The translations under genes were made by a program, and so were the position numbers. A DNA stretch of 64,000 bases. It comes from a virus. Positions 39,492 to 48,787 of the stretch are shown piece by piece. Under the pieces are notes generated by a model. The model was not told the DNA's origin, made no database searches, and saw only the letters and a list, made by a program, of their open reading frames with translations. Numbering within the stretch: position 1 is the stretch's first letter; each line of letters opens with the position of its first letter. The stretch is from the IMG/VR virus record IMGVR_UViG_3300042868_005520, positions 32,001-96,000 of that record. One strand, written 5' to 3'.

Positions 39492-40700
39492 TCAAGGTTT
39501 ATTCCAAGTCTTTTCTGTGGTCAGATTGCTGCGTGAAAAATCCAATCGGTCTACCAATTTAACTGCATTGTTGCTCAAGCGGTCGATTGCAACAAATCCT
39601 TCAGGAGTAGTAACTCGATATCCGCTCTTGTCCTTGATAAAGGTTCCTACGCCTGTTTGCATGGAAGCCATCTTCTGAACAATTGTGAGTTTCAACTGAG
39701 CCAGTGCATTATGTAGTGCAAAAACACGAGCAAGTTGGTTTCTGTTGTTGCGAACCCAATCAATAGATGGAGTAGTTTTTGTGCTTGCTACTTTGCGTTT
39801 GCCTTGTGCGCGGTCAAGCATGAATTGCAGGAGTTGATTCACATCAGCATGAGAAGTAGCAACTCCTCCACGCACCAATCCGTTGATGTAGGTCTTGATT
39901 TCTATCTTTACTCCCTCGTTCTTGCCAATGCCGTTCAAGACAACACGCAAGTCAGCAGCAGTCTTGGTAAGACTAGCAATAGAGTTTTCAATTGTGCTGC
40001 GTTCCGATGGGGAGAATAGTCCTGATCCGTTTGCAAACTTCATTGTGGCGTTATCAAACCAAACATCCTTTACTTTTTTCATGTAACTAATATCGGGATT
40101 GAATCGTGCAGTCATGGTGGCGATTGATTCGCCCTCGTATGCGGTATGGAACACAATGCCAATCTTTGCTGCTGCCATGCGTGTTCCCAAATCACTTTTT
40201 GGATCCACGGCGTATTTGATTGTGTTCGGCTGAAAGGTAAGGTAACTCTTGCCGTCAATGAGTTCCCGCTGTTTTGATTCCCCATCGAACATCATGTCGC
40301 CTTGCAGCACACCACGAATACCAAGTTTGGAAAAATGCTTTAGCGCAAGTTTAAGTTTTAAGTTCAATCCCTCTACGGGATGGTTGGCATCAATATCTGA
40401 ATTGGTAAAGTTCAATTTGGGAGTCACATTGAACACACTCTTTGTGCCAACAAAAAATCGACCGCTTTGGGGGTCGATTCCACAAATAATGGCGGGTGCG
40501 CCATCCCACTTTACCGTGATGTCGTATGCACTAGGAGCGTTCGCTGTGAGAGCCTCCACAACGCCCCGTAAAGCCTTTATGGCGCGTCCGAACCCTGCGT
40601 AGCCGCTGTTGAGGATCTCGTCCTCAAGATGCTCCAAATGGACATTCTTTCCACTTGATTTTTTAAATGCTTCGACTAGGTGTTCGGTAAATGCTCTCAT
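39492..40700 (-). CDS. Conserved T4-like protein with ATP-dependent ligase-like motifs (DUF6267-like)
   Basis: HLEHLED, TVKWDGAP (KxDG), QGDMMF, PEGFV, VKLVDR. Confidence 0.65.
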   Translation of the reverse strand: MRAFTEHLVEAFKKSSGKNVHLEHLEDEILNSGYAGFGRAIKALRGVVEALTANAPSAYDITVKWDGAPAIICGIDPQSGRFFVGTKSVFNVTPKLNFTNSDIDANHPVEGLNLKLKLALKHFSKLGIRGVLQGDMMFDGESKQRELIDGKSYLTFQPNTIKYAVDPKSDLGTRMAAAKIGIVFHTAYEGESIATMTARFNPDISYMKKVKDVWFDNATMKFANGSGLFSPSERSTIENSIASLTKTAADLRVVLNGIGKNEGVKIEIKTYINGLVRGGVATSHADVNQLLQFMLDRAQGKRKVASTKTTPSIDWVRNNRNQLARVFALHNALAQLKLTIVQKMASMQTGVGTFIKDKSGYRVTTPEGFVAIDRLSNNAVKLVDRLDFSRSNLTTEKTWNKP

Positions 40701-40717
40701 AATTCTCCTGTGCTTCT

Positions 40718-41383
40718 CTATTTAGAAGCATAGGAGTTCCGCTCGGAGCGGTAGAACTTGATTGCATCTGCCAAATCTGCAATATATTCCCGTGGATCGG
40801 CTGTAAACACCTGACAGCCACCCTGTTCCACACCAATCAGAATGGCAATATTTCGGAGTTCCACTCCTGTGCGATCCTGCCACATAAGCGAATACGCCGT
40901 GGCTTGCATGAAGTAGTCTTGAATTGCGTCTTCGCTTTTCGGATATGTGGAAGACTTAAAGTCGATAACCGACGGCTTGTCGTCAAAAAATCCAATGCAG
41001 TCCGTCCTTCCCGCCAATCCCACACGCTTTGACCACAGCGGCACTTCGATAGCGTGGATCGTGCCGATGCGGTCGATAGACTCCTGCATTTCGAAAAATA
41101 GGTCGGACTCACAAGTCCCCGCATTCGTCTGTACGGAACTGTGATCGTTTTTGAGATACGACTCGATAATTGAGTGAAGTTTCGTGCCACGGCTGAGTAC
41201 TCTCTTTGATTCTTCGGGGTTTTCTCGCCGCCACTTGGCGAAGAAGGCTCGCTTCTTCCATCCCGTAACGGTGGTAACAGAGGGAAAAACGCCATCAGGG
41301 GTCTGATAGCGTCTGCCGCCGTCTGTGTCTACGCTGTTTACATTTTCGTCTAGCGTCACTAATTCATGATGAAAGGTTTTCAT
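40718..41383 (-). CDS. PD-(D/E)XK exonuclease (phage exonuclease A/Cas4-like)
   Basis: PSVTTV, RGTKLH, AGRTDC, IDFKSS, YFMQATAY. Confidence 0.88.
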   Translation of the reverse strand: MKTFHHELVTLDENVNSVDTDGGRRYQTPDGVFPSVTTVTGWKKRAFFAKWRRENPEESKRVLSRGTKLHSIIESYLKNDHSSVQTNAGTCESDLFFEMQESIDRIGTIHAIEVPLWSKRVGLAGRTDCIGFFDDKPSVIDFKSSTYPKSEDAIQDYFMQATAYSLMWQDRTGVELRNIAILIGVEQGGCQVFTADPREYIADLADAIKFYRSERNSYASK

Positions 41384-41566
41384 TTATTCGTCTGGTGTTT
41401 CTTCAATGATCTCCGTGCCTTCAGGCAATTCGTCATTGCGTTTCTGCTGCGGAGGAGGAGTAATGGGAGTCTGATTGCGATTCTGTTGTCGCTGTGCAGC
41501 CTTCCACTGTGGATTGTTCTGCTGATTCTGCTGTATCCAACTCAAATAATTTCTCATGTTGCTCAT
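41384..41566 (-). CDS. Small Q/N-rich hypothetical protein
   Basis: ATG 41566 after AGGAG; upstream TTGACT-N16-TATACT promoter-like sequence on the - strand. Confidence 0.55.
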   Translation of the reverse strand: MSNMRNYLSWIQQNQQNNPQWKAAQRQQNRNQTPITPPPQQKRNDELPEGTEIIEETPDE

Positions 41567-41603
41567 AGTAGTCTCCTGTAGTATATAGGGTGAATAGTCA
41601 AAG

Positions 41604-42419
41604 TCAAGAATCAGAGCCAAGTATTTCTGCGTGTGTGTCCATGAACTCCTGAGACGCAGCAATGTACTTGGATGTGGTTTTAGAAAACTCTGCGAATATT
41701 CGCTGAGTGAACGGATGGGTATTTCCGAATTGCACAATACACGGAAGCAGAATAGCATTAGCGGCTTCTTGTATGTAGGAGTGCTTTACATCAAATCCTC
41801 TTCCACCTTCTTGCTGCTTTGCTTCCAACAGCCCAATTGCTTGAATAAACGGCTGTTGTTTCTTTTCGGTTAGCAGTGGAAGCGCAGCAGTTGCAGCAGA
41901 AACAATATCACGAACGCAGTTCACACACGAACTTCTAATGCTGTAGTCGCACTCTTCTTTAATAGACAAGAACTCGAATGGCATGGTGTTCTCACGAATC
42001 TTCTTCAGCACATCACGGCTTTTAAAGAATTGAATGTCTTCTTTCTGAACTCGCACCAAGTCGTATTTCTGCATGGCAGCAGACATACTGCACACGCGAT
42101 TAAAAAGATCACGCGAAGAAAACGCTTCCGCATATACCGATTGAGAGTCCTGAGTCCAACACCTGAACATCTGTGCAATCTTTGGTTTGTATCGCAACTG
42201 AGTGTTGTCTGCTTCCACCACAAGCACCGAAGGGTGGTATCGTTCGACTAGATTCTCTACAACAACACCTGCAAGGTGGGAAGAAGATCCCGCCGAGACT
42301 CGACATTGTAGTGATAGGGGTTGTGTTGGATTAGAGCAAGCAAAGGTTAATACGGCAAACCCTTCGGTTGTCTTCACACGAACCGATCCACATCCATCGG
42401 TTTGTTCATATTCAATCAT
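41604..42419 (-). CDS. Hypothetical protein
   Basis: 271-aa ORF in the co-directional operon. Confidence 0.6.
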   Translation of the reverse strand: MIEYEQTDGCGSVRVKTTEGFAVLTFACSNPTQPLSLQCRVSAGSSSHLAGVVVENLVERYHPSVLVVEADNTQLRYKPKIAQMFRCWTQDSQSVYAEAFSSRDLFNRVCSMSAAMQKYDLVRVQKEDIQFFKSRDVLKKIRENTMPFEFLSIKEECDYSIRSSCVNCVRDIVSAATAALPLLTEKKQQPFIQAIGLLEAKQQEGGRGFDVKHSYIQEAANAILLPCIVQFGNTHPFTQRIFAEFSKTTSKYIAASQEFMDTHAEILGSDS

Positions 42420-42422
42420 TTG

Positions 42423-42962
42423 CTATTTCTTCTTTCGTGGTCGAATCCCGAATGTTAACCGCTTACGCATCGAGAGTTTTCGTTTTCTGTTTGCCTGTCC
42501 TCGTTTTGATCTAGCCTTTCGCGCAGATCGTTTGGAACGGAACTTTATTTTTCGCAACTGGCTTACATTGCGGCGAACACAGGTACGCTCTCCGCGTTTC
42601 ATGAATCCTGGTCCGCACTTAAACAGGATTCGTTTCTTGCCCTTGCGAACCACAATCTTGCGCTTCGCAGCAACCTCGTTCAGAATTTCGCTTTCAATGT
42701 CAACTGATTCTTCTATGTCTTCGGAGTCATCGTCTTCAATAGTGATCTCGGCTTCTTCCACGGGATCAAGAATGTAAATAACACCGTCCTTCTCTTCCCA
42801 CTCAACATCATTATCTTCTAGATACGCAACCACATCTTCATGTGATAAGTTTGGCATATCAAGCACAATCTTTTCCTCTGTGAGTTCGGCATCGAACTCT
42901 TCGAAGATGATTCGCTGTAGTGAGCAAAAAGCGTGGTCGCGTAAGTCTTTGAATGGTTTCAT
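42423..42962 (-). CDS. Prohead-core-like protein: acidic N-half, highly basic C-terminus
   Basis: MKPFKDL..; ILNE then R/K-rich KRKIVVRKGKK..CGPG..RKRKLSMRKR, reminiscent of T4-like prohead core proteins. Confidence 0.55.
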   Translation of the reverse strand: MKPFKDLRDHAFCSLQRIIFEEFDAELTEEKIVLDMPNLSHEDVVAYLEDNDVEWEEKDGVIYILDPVEEAEITIEDDDSEDIEESVDIESEILNEVAAKRKIVVRKGKKRILFKCGPGFMKRGERTCVRRNVSQLRKIKFRSKRSARKARSKRGQANRKRKLSMRKRLTFGIRPRKKK

Positions 42963-44188
42963 ATCTGTATGCCTATTCTATCGGATGCGCGTGTGTATCC
43001 GTTTTTGCTGCGAAGAAAAACTTTAGACTTTACTTCTTCGGGAGTGTCACCAATGAGATCGAATTCGGGAACTCCTGTATTATCTAGGGAAAACTTAATG
43101 TAGTAAACCTGTTCGTCTACAGCATCACGAAACAGTTTGGTGAAATCAAGTTTGGGAGTTTTTGAAAGATTTCCAATGGCTTTTTCACACTCGTACATTA
43201 TTTCATTTGCTGTGGGAGACTTCTTTTTCTTTAGGTACTCGTTTCCCGAAATGAATGTGGCAAATAGACTCTTGTTGTACGCCGTGGAACTAGATCCCTT
43301 CGCCTTTGCAATAAAGTCATCTGCGGCTTTTTGTGTAATGCCACCAAACTCCTTGAAGCCTTTTCCTGTGAGATATGCTGCAACAAGTATTGGTCCGTAA
43401 AGAATACTTGCACCCGACAAAATTTCAAGCACTTTGTATTGTACGGTTCGTTGCCATTTTGTTTTCTTGGCAGGGGTCTTGTTCAGGAGATTGATGATGT
43501 CTCCAGGCTTTACAACATTGGAAGTGGTTCCTGACTTGGCGGAAATGATATAACGCCGATTCTTGGTGGTGTCTATCACCGAATAGTCCATTAGCGGTTC
43601 ATTTGGACGAGCAGGAATGAAAACTGCTGTATTGCTTTCATTGAGTCCTTTAATGAGTTTATTACTCAACACTCCGAAAGGACCAGCCACCTCACCAAAG
43701 TCTTTCACGATGTCTGCCACAGGAACAGTCTTTGCAGAACTGTAAAATTTCTTTAAGTGTACTTTATTCTTTTCGGTTGGATCATCACAGTAGTCGATAA
43801 GCGCAGACAGATACGCCCGTACACTACTAGTCAAGTCTTTGCGTTCCTCAATGCTTTCACGAATTAGTTTAGCGTAATTCTTGAAAGTATATTCTGTATC
43901 CTTAACACCGAAAGCCTGTGGCTTCAGGCTTGCAGCAGTGCTTGAGCGAACACCTGGCTTGGCAATCTTGTCGAACTCAACACGAACTATCTTTCTACCA
44001 ACAAGAACGGGTGGATGCTTATCAAATGCTTTTGATGTGATAAAGACAATCTCGGTTCCTGCGTCAAGATTCCCGACTGGCTGATTTGTTTTAAAATCAA
44101 ATACCTTTGAAGCCTTCTTTAAAACTGAAGGAATATCCTTCCCTGTATTAAAGTACTTGCTCCAAGCAGCCGTGCCTGTTGTTGCCAT
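42959..44188 (-). CDS. Hypothetical protein, possible PD-(D/E)XK-like nuclease
   Basis: DFGEV..P..NEPLMDY..ISAKSG spacing resembles a restriction-like active site. Confidence 0.4.
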   Translation of the reverse strand: MATTGTAAWSKYFNTGKDIPSVLKKASKVFDFKTNQPVGNLDAGTEIVFITSKAFDKHPPVLVGRKIVRVEFDKIAKPGVRSSTAASLKPQAFGVKDTEYTFKNYAKLIRESIEERKDLTSSVRAYLSALIDYCDDPTEKNKVHLKKFYSSAKTVPVADIVKDFGEVAGPFGVLSNKLIKGLNESNTAVFIPARPNEPLMDYSVIDTTKNRRYIISAKSGTTSNVVKPGDIINLLNKTPAKKTKWQRTVQYKVLEILSGASILYGPILVAAYLTGKGFKEFGGITQKAADDFIAKAKGSSSTAYNKSLFATFISGNEYLKKKKSPTANEIMYECEKAIGNLSKTPKLDFTKLFRDAVDEQVYYIKFSLDNTGVPEFDLIGDTPEEVKSKVFLRSKNGYTRASDRIGIQI

Positions 44189-44198
44189 GAATTACTCC

Positions 44199-46526
44199 TC
44201 ACTTCTTTGCTTGGGCATCCGTCTTCTTGTTCATAGTTTCGCGTTGCTTTACATCAACCTTCCACAAATCCCAATCAGATAGTTTTCGATTTTGTGGCAT
44301 CTTGGATTCCGTTTCAGTAATGCAGATCATACCAACATCGGTAAAGTCCGCAGACTCCCAAATCATATCATTGCCACGATCAAGCACCATGCGGCGGGTC
44401 TTTTTATTTATGATCTGCAAGCCAGTACCTGCAACATTCAGTTCTACTTGATTAGCACCCATCATAAACACAACGGATCCCATTACGCGAGTCTTCTTGA
44501 TCTTGACAGAAGTTTCCTTGCCGTCCTTCTTGCCGTAAATTTCAAAGGTTGTTCCCTCTGGCTTCTTGTTTGCAAGTGCAACTAGATCAGCAGCAGTCTT
44601 TTCGTTCTTCGCGATTGTGTTTCCTGCAACAGCATCACGAGTTACCTGTGATGCAACGCTTGCAATCTGTTTGCCGTGTGAATCTGAGCGGTTGGTTCCT
44701 CTACCAATACGAGCACCCACACCAAATGTATCGGGAGCGTCTCCCTCGATCTTTGGCTTCTTCATCTTTGGCTTTGCCGCAGCCTCGGAAAGACTATCGT
44801 GGTACGCATTGAAACTTGTCATTACCGCACTCACGCTTTGATTCTCGCGTCCCATCAATTTGGAAACCTTGTGCTTCTTGAGGATCTGCTTGATCTTGGC
44901 TTCCTGTTGGGCAGGAGTCATACTGTTCTCTGCCTCTAGATTCATTACCTTCTTCAAGTCTTCAATCGCCCCATCAGGAAGAGCGTAGATCCAGTCTTCA
45001 AGAGCAGCCTTCATGCCACCTTCATTCAACTTTACAGAAACAGATTCGTGAAGTGATTGTGTGATACGACTGATACGACCGCTTCCGAACTTGCTCATGT
45101 GATATCCTTCTGTCTTTGCCTTGGGCTTTTCTTTGATTGCTTCACCACCACGGGTCTGACTCATCAGCCCCACACTCTTCTGAAATCCATTAGAGAACTT
45201 AATCATGTCTTCCACAGCAACAGGCTTACCACCTTTAGTAATGGTTCGCGTCTTCATCGTGGTGTTTGCACCGCTTCCGTTTGCAATATCCATTGCACAC
45301 TGTGCAGCCCAACGGTGGTGTCCGTCAATAACATAACCGTCACTCACATAAATTGGTTCAAGAAGGCGCGATGCTGCTTTGCCGTAGTTCGTGGGATCCG
45401 CTGCGGCAGCAGCAAGAGTTCCGTACATTCCTGCAACCTTCTCACCTTTCAATTGACCTTGAATTGGTTTTAGTGAAGTCACATCTACTTCTTCTTCCTT
45501 TACCTCGTATCCCGAATCTTCAAGAGCCTTACGGTACTCTTTTTCCATATTGATTTCACTCTTCAAGTCTTCGGGTGTTACTTGATCAGGAGTAGTGTAC
45601 CCCTTGCTTGCCATGAGAGCCTTGTACGCAACCGATTCGGTATTCTTCGGATCAACCTGTGAAGAAAACTGTGGCATCTCTTCGCGAGGAATACCCTTGG
45701 TGACTTTTTCCTTTGTCTTTGCGTCAAAGCAGAATCCAATATGTGAGAATACTTCCGAGCACAATTCAAAATCGTATGCAGTTTGTCCACGCATTGCCGA
45801 TAGAGCAGCGTGGTTCAGTTCATCAATAAAGTCGCGTTCTGCTTGTGCATCACCGAATACAGATTCCGAATCATCCTTTGGACCAGCAAGTTCTTTTTGG
45901 TGAATGGCTTTTGCAACCACATTGGCTTTACGAATGTCTGGCTTTGCAGCAGCCTTCTCCGTAGCCTTTGCGTCTTTTGCGAATGCGCCGTCCATTTTTG
46001 TGGTTGGATTCTTTGTGCCAACATTACTTAGTTGCGCTGTTTCGGCATCTAGTGCTTTCGGCGGTTCGTTTGTTTGGCTACTTTGCGGTTGTGCTTGATA
46101 CTTCGGATCAGCGGTTGTCGCTTTCGCTTGGGTGGCGGGAGTTCCTCGTCCATTGGGTTCGGCTGCTGCTGTGGGTTTTCCTGCATTCGACTTTGGTGCT
46201 CCTGTTGCTGAAGGCTTTTGTTCGAATCCGTCCTTGTCCAATTCTACAGACTGTGAAGTATCTCCTGGTTTGTCTACTCGTCCTGCGGGTGCAGACTTAC
46301 CTGCAATCCACGCCTTGGCTGTTTCATCTGAATCAAAGTAATCAGTAACTCCGTCTTTGTTCTTGGCTCCCCATGCTCCGCTTGCTGTTTGCCATGTTTT
46401 ACCCTTCTCGCGTCCACCTAAAACCCCGCCGAGTTTCTTCTCTGCGGATTTCACTGGCTTTACGGCTGTCTGAACTTCAAGAATAACTGAGTGCAGACTT
46501 TTATATGGTTCAATGTCCATGTTCAA
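44199..46526 (-). CDS. Modular internal protein with ParB/Srx-like domain
   Basis: LKPIQ..PIYVSDGYVIDGHHRWAA; modules separated by ILE/LHE/LNE/LSE/IWE. Confidence 0.65.
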   Translation of the reverse strand: MNMDIEPYKSLHSVILEVQTAVKPVKSAEKKLGGVLGGREKGKTWQTASGAWGAKNKDGVTDYFDSDETAKAWIAGKSAPAGRVDKPGDTSQSVELDKDGFEQKPSATGAPKSNAGKPTAAAEPNGRGTPATQAKATTADPKYQAQPQSSQTNEPPKALDAETAQLSNVGTKNPTTKMDGAFAKDAKATEKAAAKPDIRKANVVAKAIHQKELAGPKDDSESVFGDAQAERDFIDELNHAALSAMRGQTAYDFELCSEVFSHIGFCFDAKTKEKVTKGIPREEMPQFSSQVDPKNTESVAYKALMASKGYTTPDQVTPEDLKSEINMEKEYRKALEDSGYEVKEEEVDVTSLKPIQGQLKGEKVAGMYGTLAAAAADPTNYGKAASRLLEPIYVSDGYVIDGHHRWAAQCAMDIANGSGANTTMKTRTITKGGKPVAVEDMIKFSNGFQKSVGLMSQTRGGEAIKEKPKAKTEGYHMSKFGSGRISRITQSLHESVSVKLNEGGMKAALEDWIYALPDGAIEDLKKVMNLEAENSMTPAQQEAKIKQILKKHKVSKLMGRENQSVSAVMTSFNAYHDSLSEAAAKPKMKKPKIEGDAPDTFGVGARIGRGTNRSDSHGKQIASVASQVTRDAVAGNTIAKNEKTAADLVALANKKPEGTTFEIYGKKDGKETSVKIKKTRVMGSVVFMMGANQVELNVAGTGLQIINKKTRRMVLDRGNDMIWESADFTDVGMICITETESKMPQNRKLSDWDLWKVDVKQRETMNKKTDAQAKK

Positions 46527-46553
46527 ACTCCAAGAGAAGAAAGTCTAAAATTA

Positions 46554-46597
46554 AAAGGGGAAGTTGGTGGTGTATTCCACCTTTCCAACTCCCCCTC
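46554..46597 (-). terminator. Probable terminator hairpin after the 46623..47348 gene
   Basis: GGGGAAGTTGG...CCAACTCCCC inverted repeat followed on the - strand by T-rich sequence. Confidence 0.55.
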
Positions 46598-46622
46598 TAT
46601 TGTGTCAATCCAAGTCAAACTA

Positions 46623-47348
46623 TTAGGAAACAGTCCAAGTACCACTACCACCCGCTGGAGAGGTGTAGTAGATGGCTGCGGTGAATCCGTTATTCACCCG
46701 CGTTCCTCGTGCATATCCTTCAAAAGTACTTCCTGCAATACCCGAAGTACCGCGAGTCACACCAACGGTAGTGACATCGAATGCTGCACCTGTGGCGTAA
46801 GTACTAGCCACGGTTCCGTTCACACGGAAAGCGGCTGTTCCGCCAGCGGCAGCAGAGGTTGCTCCACCTGCGGCTACAACATAGAATGCATCCGAGAACA
46901 CGATTCGATCATTAGGCTGTACGCTGATTGGTCCACGCGCAGTGAAAGTGTTTCCTGTGGTGTACGAAAGAGCAAGAGTAACACCTGATGCCATTGTTGC
47001 TCGATAGTCTGCACCGTTACGAACAAACTTCTTCAGATAGATACCAACCGTTTGTCCTTCAAGCGCACCAAGAACAATGCCGTTTGCCATTGTTTCGCCA
47101 CGAGGATTCTGAAGTGCAGCACGCATTCCTGTTGCGTAGGACGGCAGAACCGTTCCAAACGGAGGAAATCCTGCGCCTGTGGTCAGACCCGTGATGCCGA
47201 AACCCAGTTTTCTGGCGTAGTTCTCAAGCATCTTCGCGCCTGTGGTTCCTGCGGCACCAGTTAAACCATGCGATGTGAATAGATGTGCTAATTGGTTGCC
47301 GAGTTTATTCGCCTTGGCGAGTTCGACTGAATCTGCTGTGAATGCCAT
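46623..47348 (-). CDS. G/A/T-rich virion structural protein (monocistronic late gene)
   Basis: TAAATA box 47387-47392, AAGGAG SD, ATG 47348, own terminator. Confidence 0.6.
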   Translation of the reverse strand: MAFTADSVELAKANKLGNQLAHLFTSHGLTGAAGTTGAKMLENYARKLGFGITGLTTGAGFPPFGTVLPSYATGMRAALQNPRGETMANGIVLGALEGQTVGIYLKKFVRNGADYRATMASGVTLALSYTTGNTFTARGPISVQPNDRIVFSDAFYVVAAGGATSAAAGGTAAFRVNGTVASTYATGAAFDVTTVGVTRGTSGIAGSTFEGYARGTRVNNGFTAAIYYTSPAGGSGTWTVS

Positions 47349-47432
47349 AAGAGGTTCTCCTTTGAGTGATTTTGGCTTGTCGCTATTATTTAGCATACGC
47401 GAAGCCTCGCCTCGCGCTAATAGGGTGAATAC

Positions 47433-48281
47433 CTATAGTGTTTTCGTGAACGCCTGTGCTGCTGAACGAGAATCAAAATATTGAACGGAGCCGCTCTCGT
47501 TCTTTGCTCCCCATTTTTTGTTTTCGGTACGCCATACGGTGCCCACAGGGAACTGCTGTCCTGCTGTTGCGGTTCGTCTTACTTCGGGTGGATCAATCTT
47601 GCCCTGTTTGCCACGGAGTGAAACGGTGGTGCGTACAATCTTTTGCAGTTGGCGGACACGCTTCTCCTGCTCAGGAGTTCGTTTTACCCCTTGCAGTGCT
47701 TCTAGTTCCGCTTCTCCTGAGTCTCCAAGCCACACGCCGCTTTCCATGCCTGACTTGAACCGCTGCATTCTAGTGGGAGTCATGACCTGTATATTCTTCA
47801 TTGCTTCTGCGTCTTGCATGAGTCCACGCCAAATACTTTCTCCGCCAGCAGACTGTACGCCACCCGTAACAATGGTGTACCCCTTCCCATTCAGGAACTT
47901 GTACAGGCTTTGGGCAAGAGAAAATCCAATTGCACTGCTGCGGTACTCTTTTCCTGCCGTAATCATTGTGACTCGCCATCCACTGCTTCCCGTCTTGCTG
48001 CTACGCTTCATTGTGAGTTCCACAGCCACCGTGTTCGTGGGGCGATGCACAACCAATACAACTAGTTGAGGAGCCGCCGTAGTCTTGGACAAGAACACAC
48101 TAAAATCGTTTCCGATTTGTCCAATGCGGCGAACAGCCTTCTTTGTAGACTTGCCTTCATCCTTTGCGTCATCAGCAATATTCTTTAAGTGTTTACTTGC
48201 ACGCAAGCCCACACTACCACCAGCCACTCGTGACACGAGTACTGATTCAATCTCATTTAATATTTGAGAGAATGATTTCAT
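47433..48281 (-). CDS. CTS-bearing protein with GNAT-like domain
   Basis: MKSFSQILNE; YR..IG..LY..L...GYTIVTGGVQSAGGESIWRGL; C-terminal VWRTENKKWGAKN..YF module shared with the 775-aa protein. Confidence 0.55.
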   Translation of the reverse strand: MKSFSQILNEIESVLVSRVAGGSVGLRASKHLKNIADDAKDEGKSTKKAVRRIGQIGNDFSVFLSKTTAAPQLVVLVVHRPTNTVAVELTMKRSSKTGSSGWRVTMITAGKEYRSSAIGFSLAQSLYKFLNGKGYTIVTGGVQSAGGESIWRGLMQDAEAMKNIQVMTPTRMQRFKSGMESGVWLGDSGEAELEALQGVKRTPEQEKRVRQLQKIVRTTVSLRGKQGKIDPPEVRRTATAGQQFPVGTVWRTENKKWGAKNESGSVQYFDSRSAAQAFTKTL

Positions 48282-48787
48282 TTCTTTACCAGTGCGTACA
48301 TCTGCACAAACTGATCGCTTGACTGATCCTTTAATCTATATCCGTGCTGTCCTGCAAATCGCTTTATCATGGAATCGTACAGGCGAACGCGAGAATCATT
48401 TTTCTTTTTCTCTTTTGCTGCCGTAAAACGAATTACCTCTGGATCGTATTCTTCGATGAGTTGTTTCATAGCCGCAAGGGCTGTTGCGAATATTCGTCCT
48501 GTTTCGGATTTCATCTCCGCTTCCTGATCTGGTGGTGGCGAAGCCTCATCATCCACAGTGAATCCAAACACCCAACCCGCAATGGTGCCCTCGTCTCTTC
48601 GACGATCAGATTCACCGTATCGGATGGGGCGACCATACGCTTCAAACAAATGCGGCTTTCCGTCCACCAACCAGTTTCCGTACCACACCACACCACCATG
48701 ATTCAGGTACAGCGGTGTCTTCACCATTGTTAATGGGATAGGAGTTGAGTTGAAGATTTCTTGAAGATGCTGTCGAAATGCTTTCAT
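48278..48787 (-). CDS. CTS-bearing internal protein, paralogue family member A
   Basis: MKAFRQHLQE; RIFAT..FTAAKE..SRVRLY.SMIKRFA..GY. Confidence 0.65.
   Translation of the reverse strand: MKAFRQHLQEIFNSTPIPLTMVKTPLYLNHGGVVWYGNWLVDGKPHLFEAYGRPIRYGESDRRRDEGTIAGWVFGFTVDDEASPPPDQEAEMKSETGRIFATALAAMKQLIEEYDPEVIRFTAAKEKKKNDSRVRLYDSMIKRFAGQHGYRLKDQSSDQFVQMYALVKK

Noticed and set aside
40718-41383. Cas4 as part of a CRISPR system
   Set aside because: It is the ordinary T4-like PD-(D/E)XK exonuclease; it lacks the four-Cys cluster pattern and CRISPR context.
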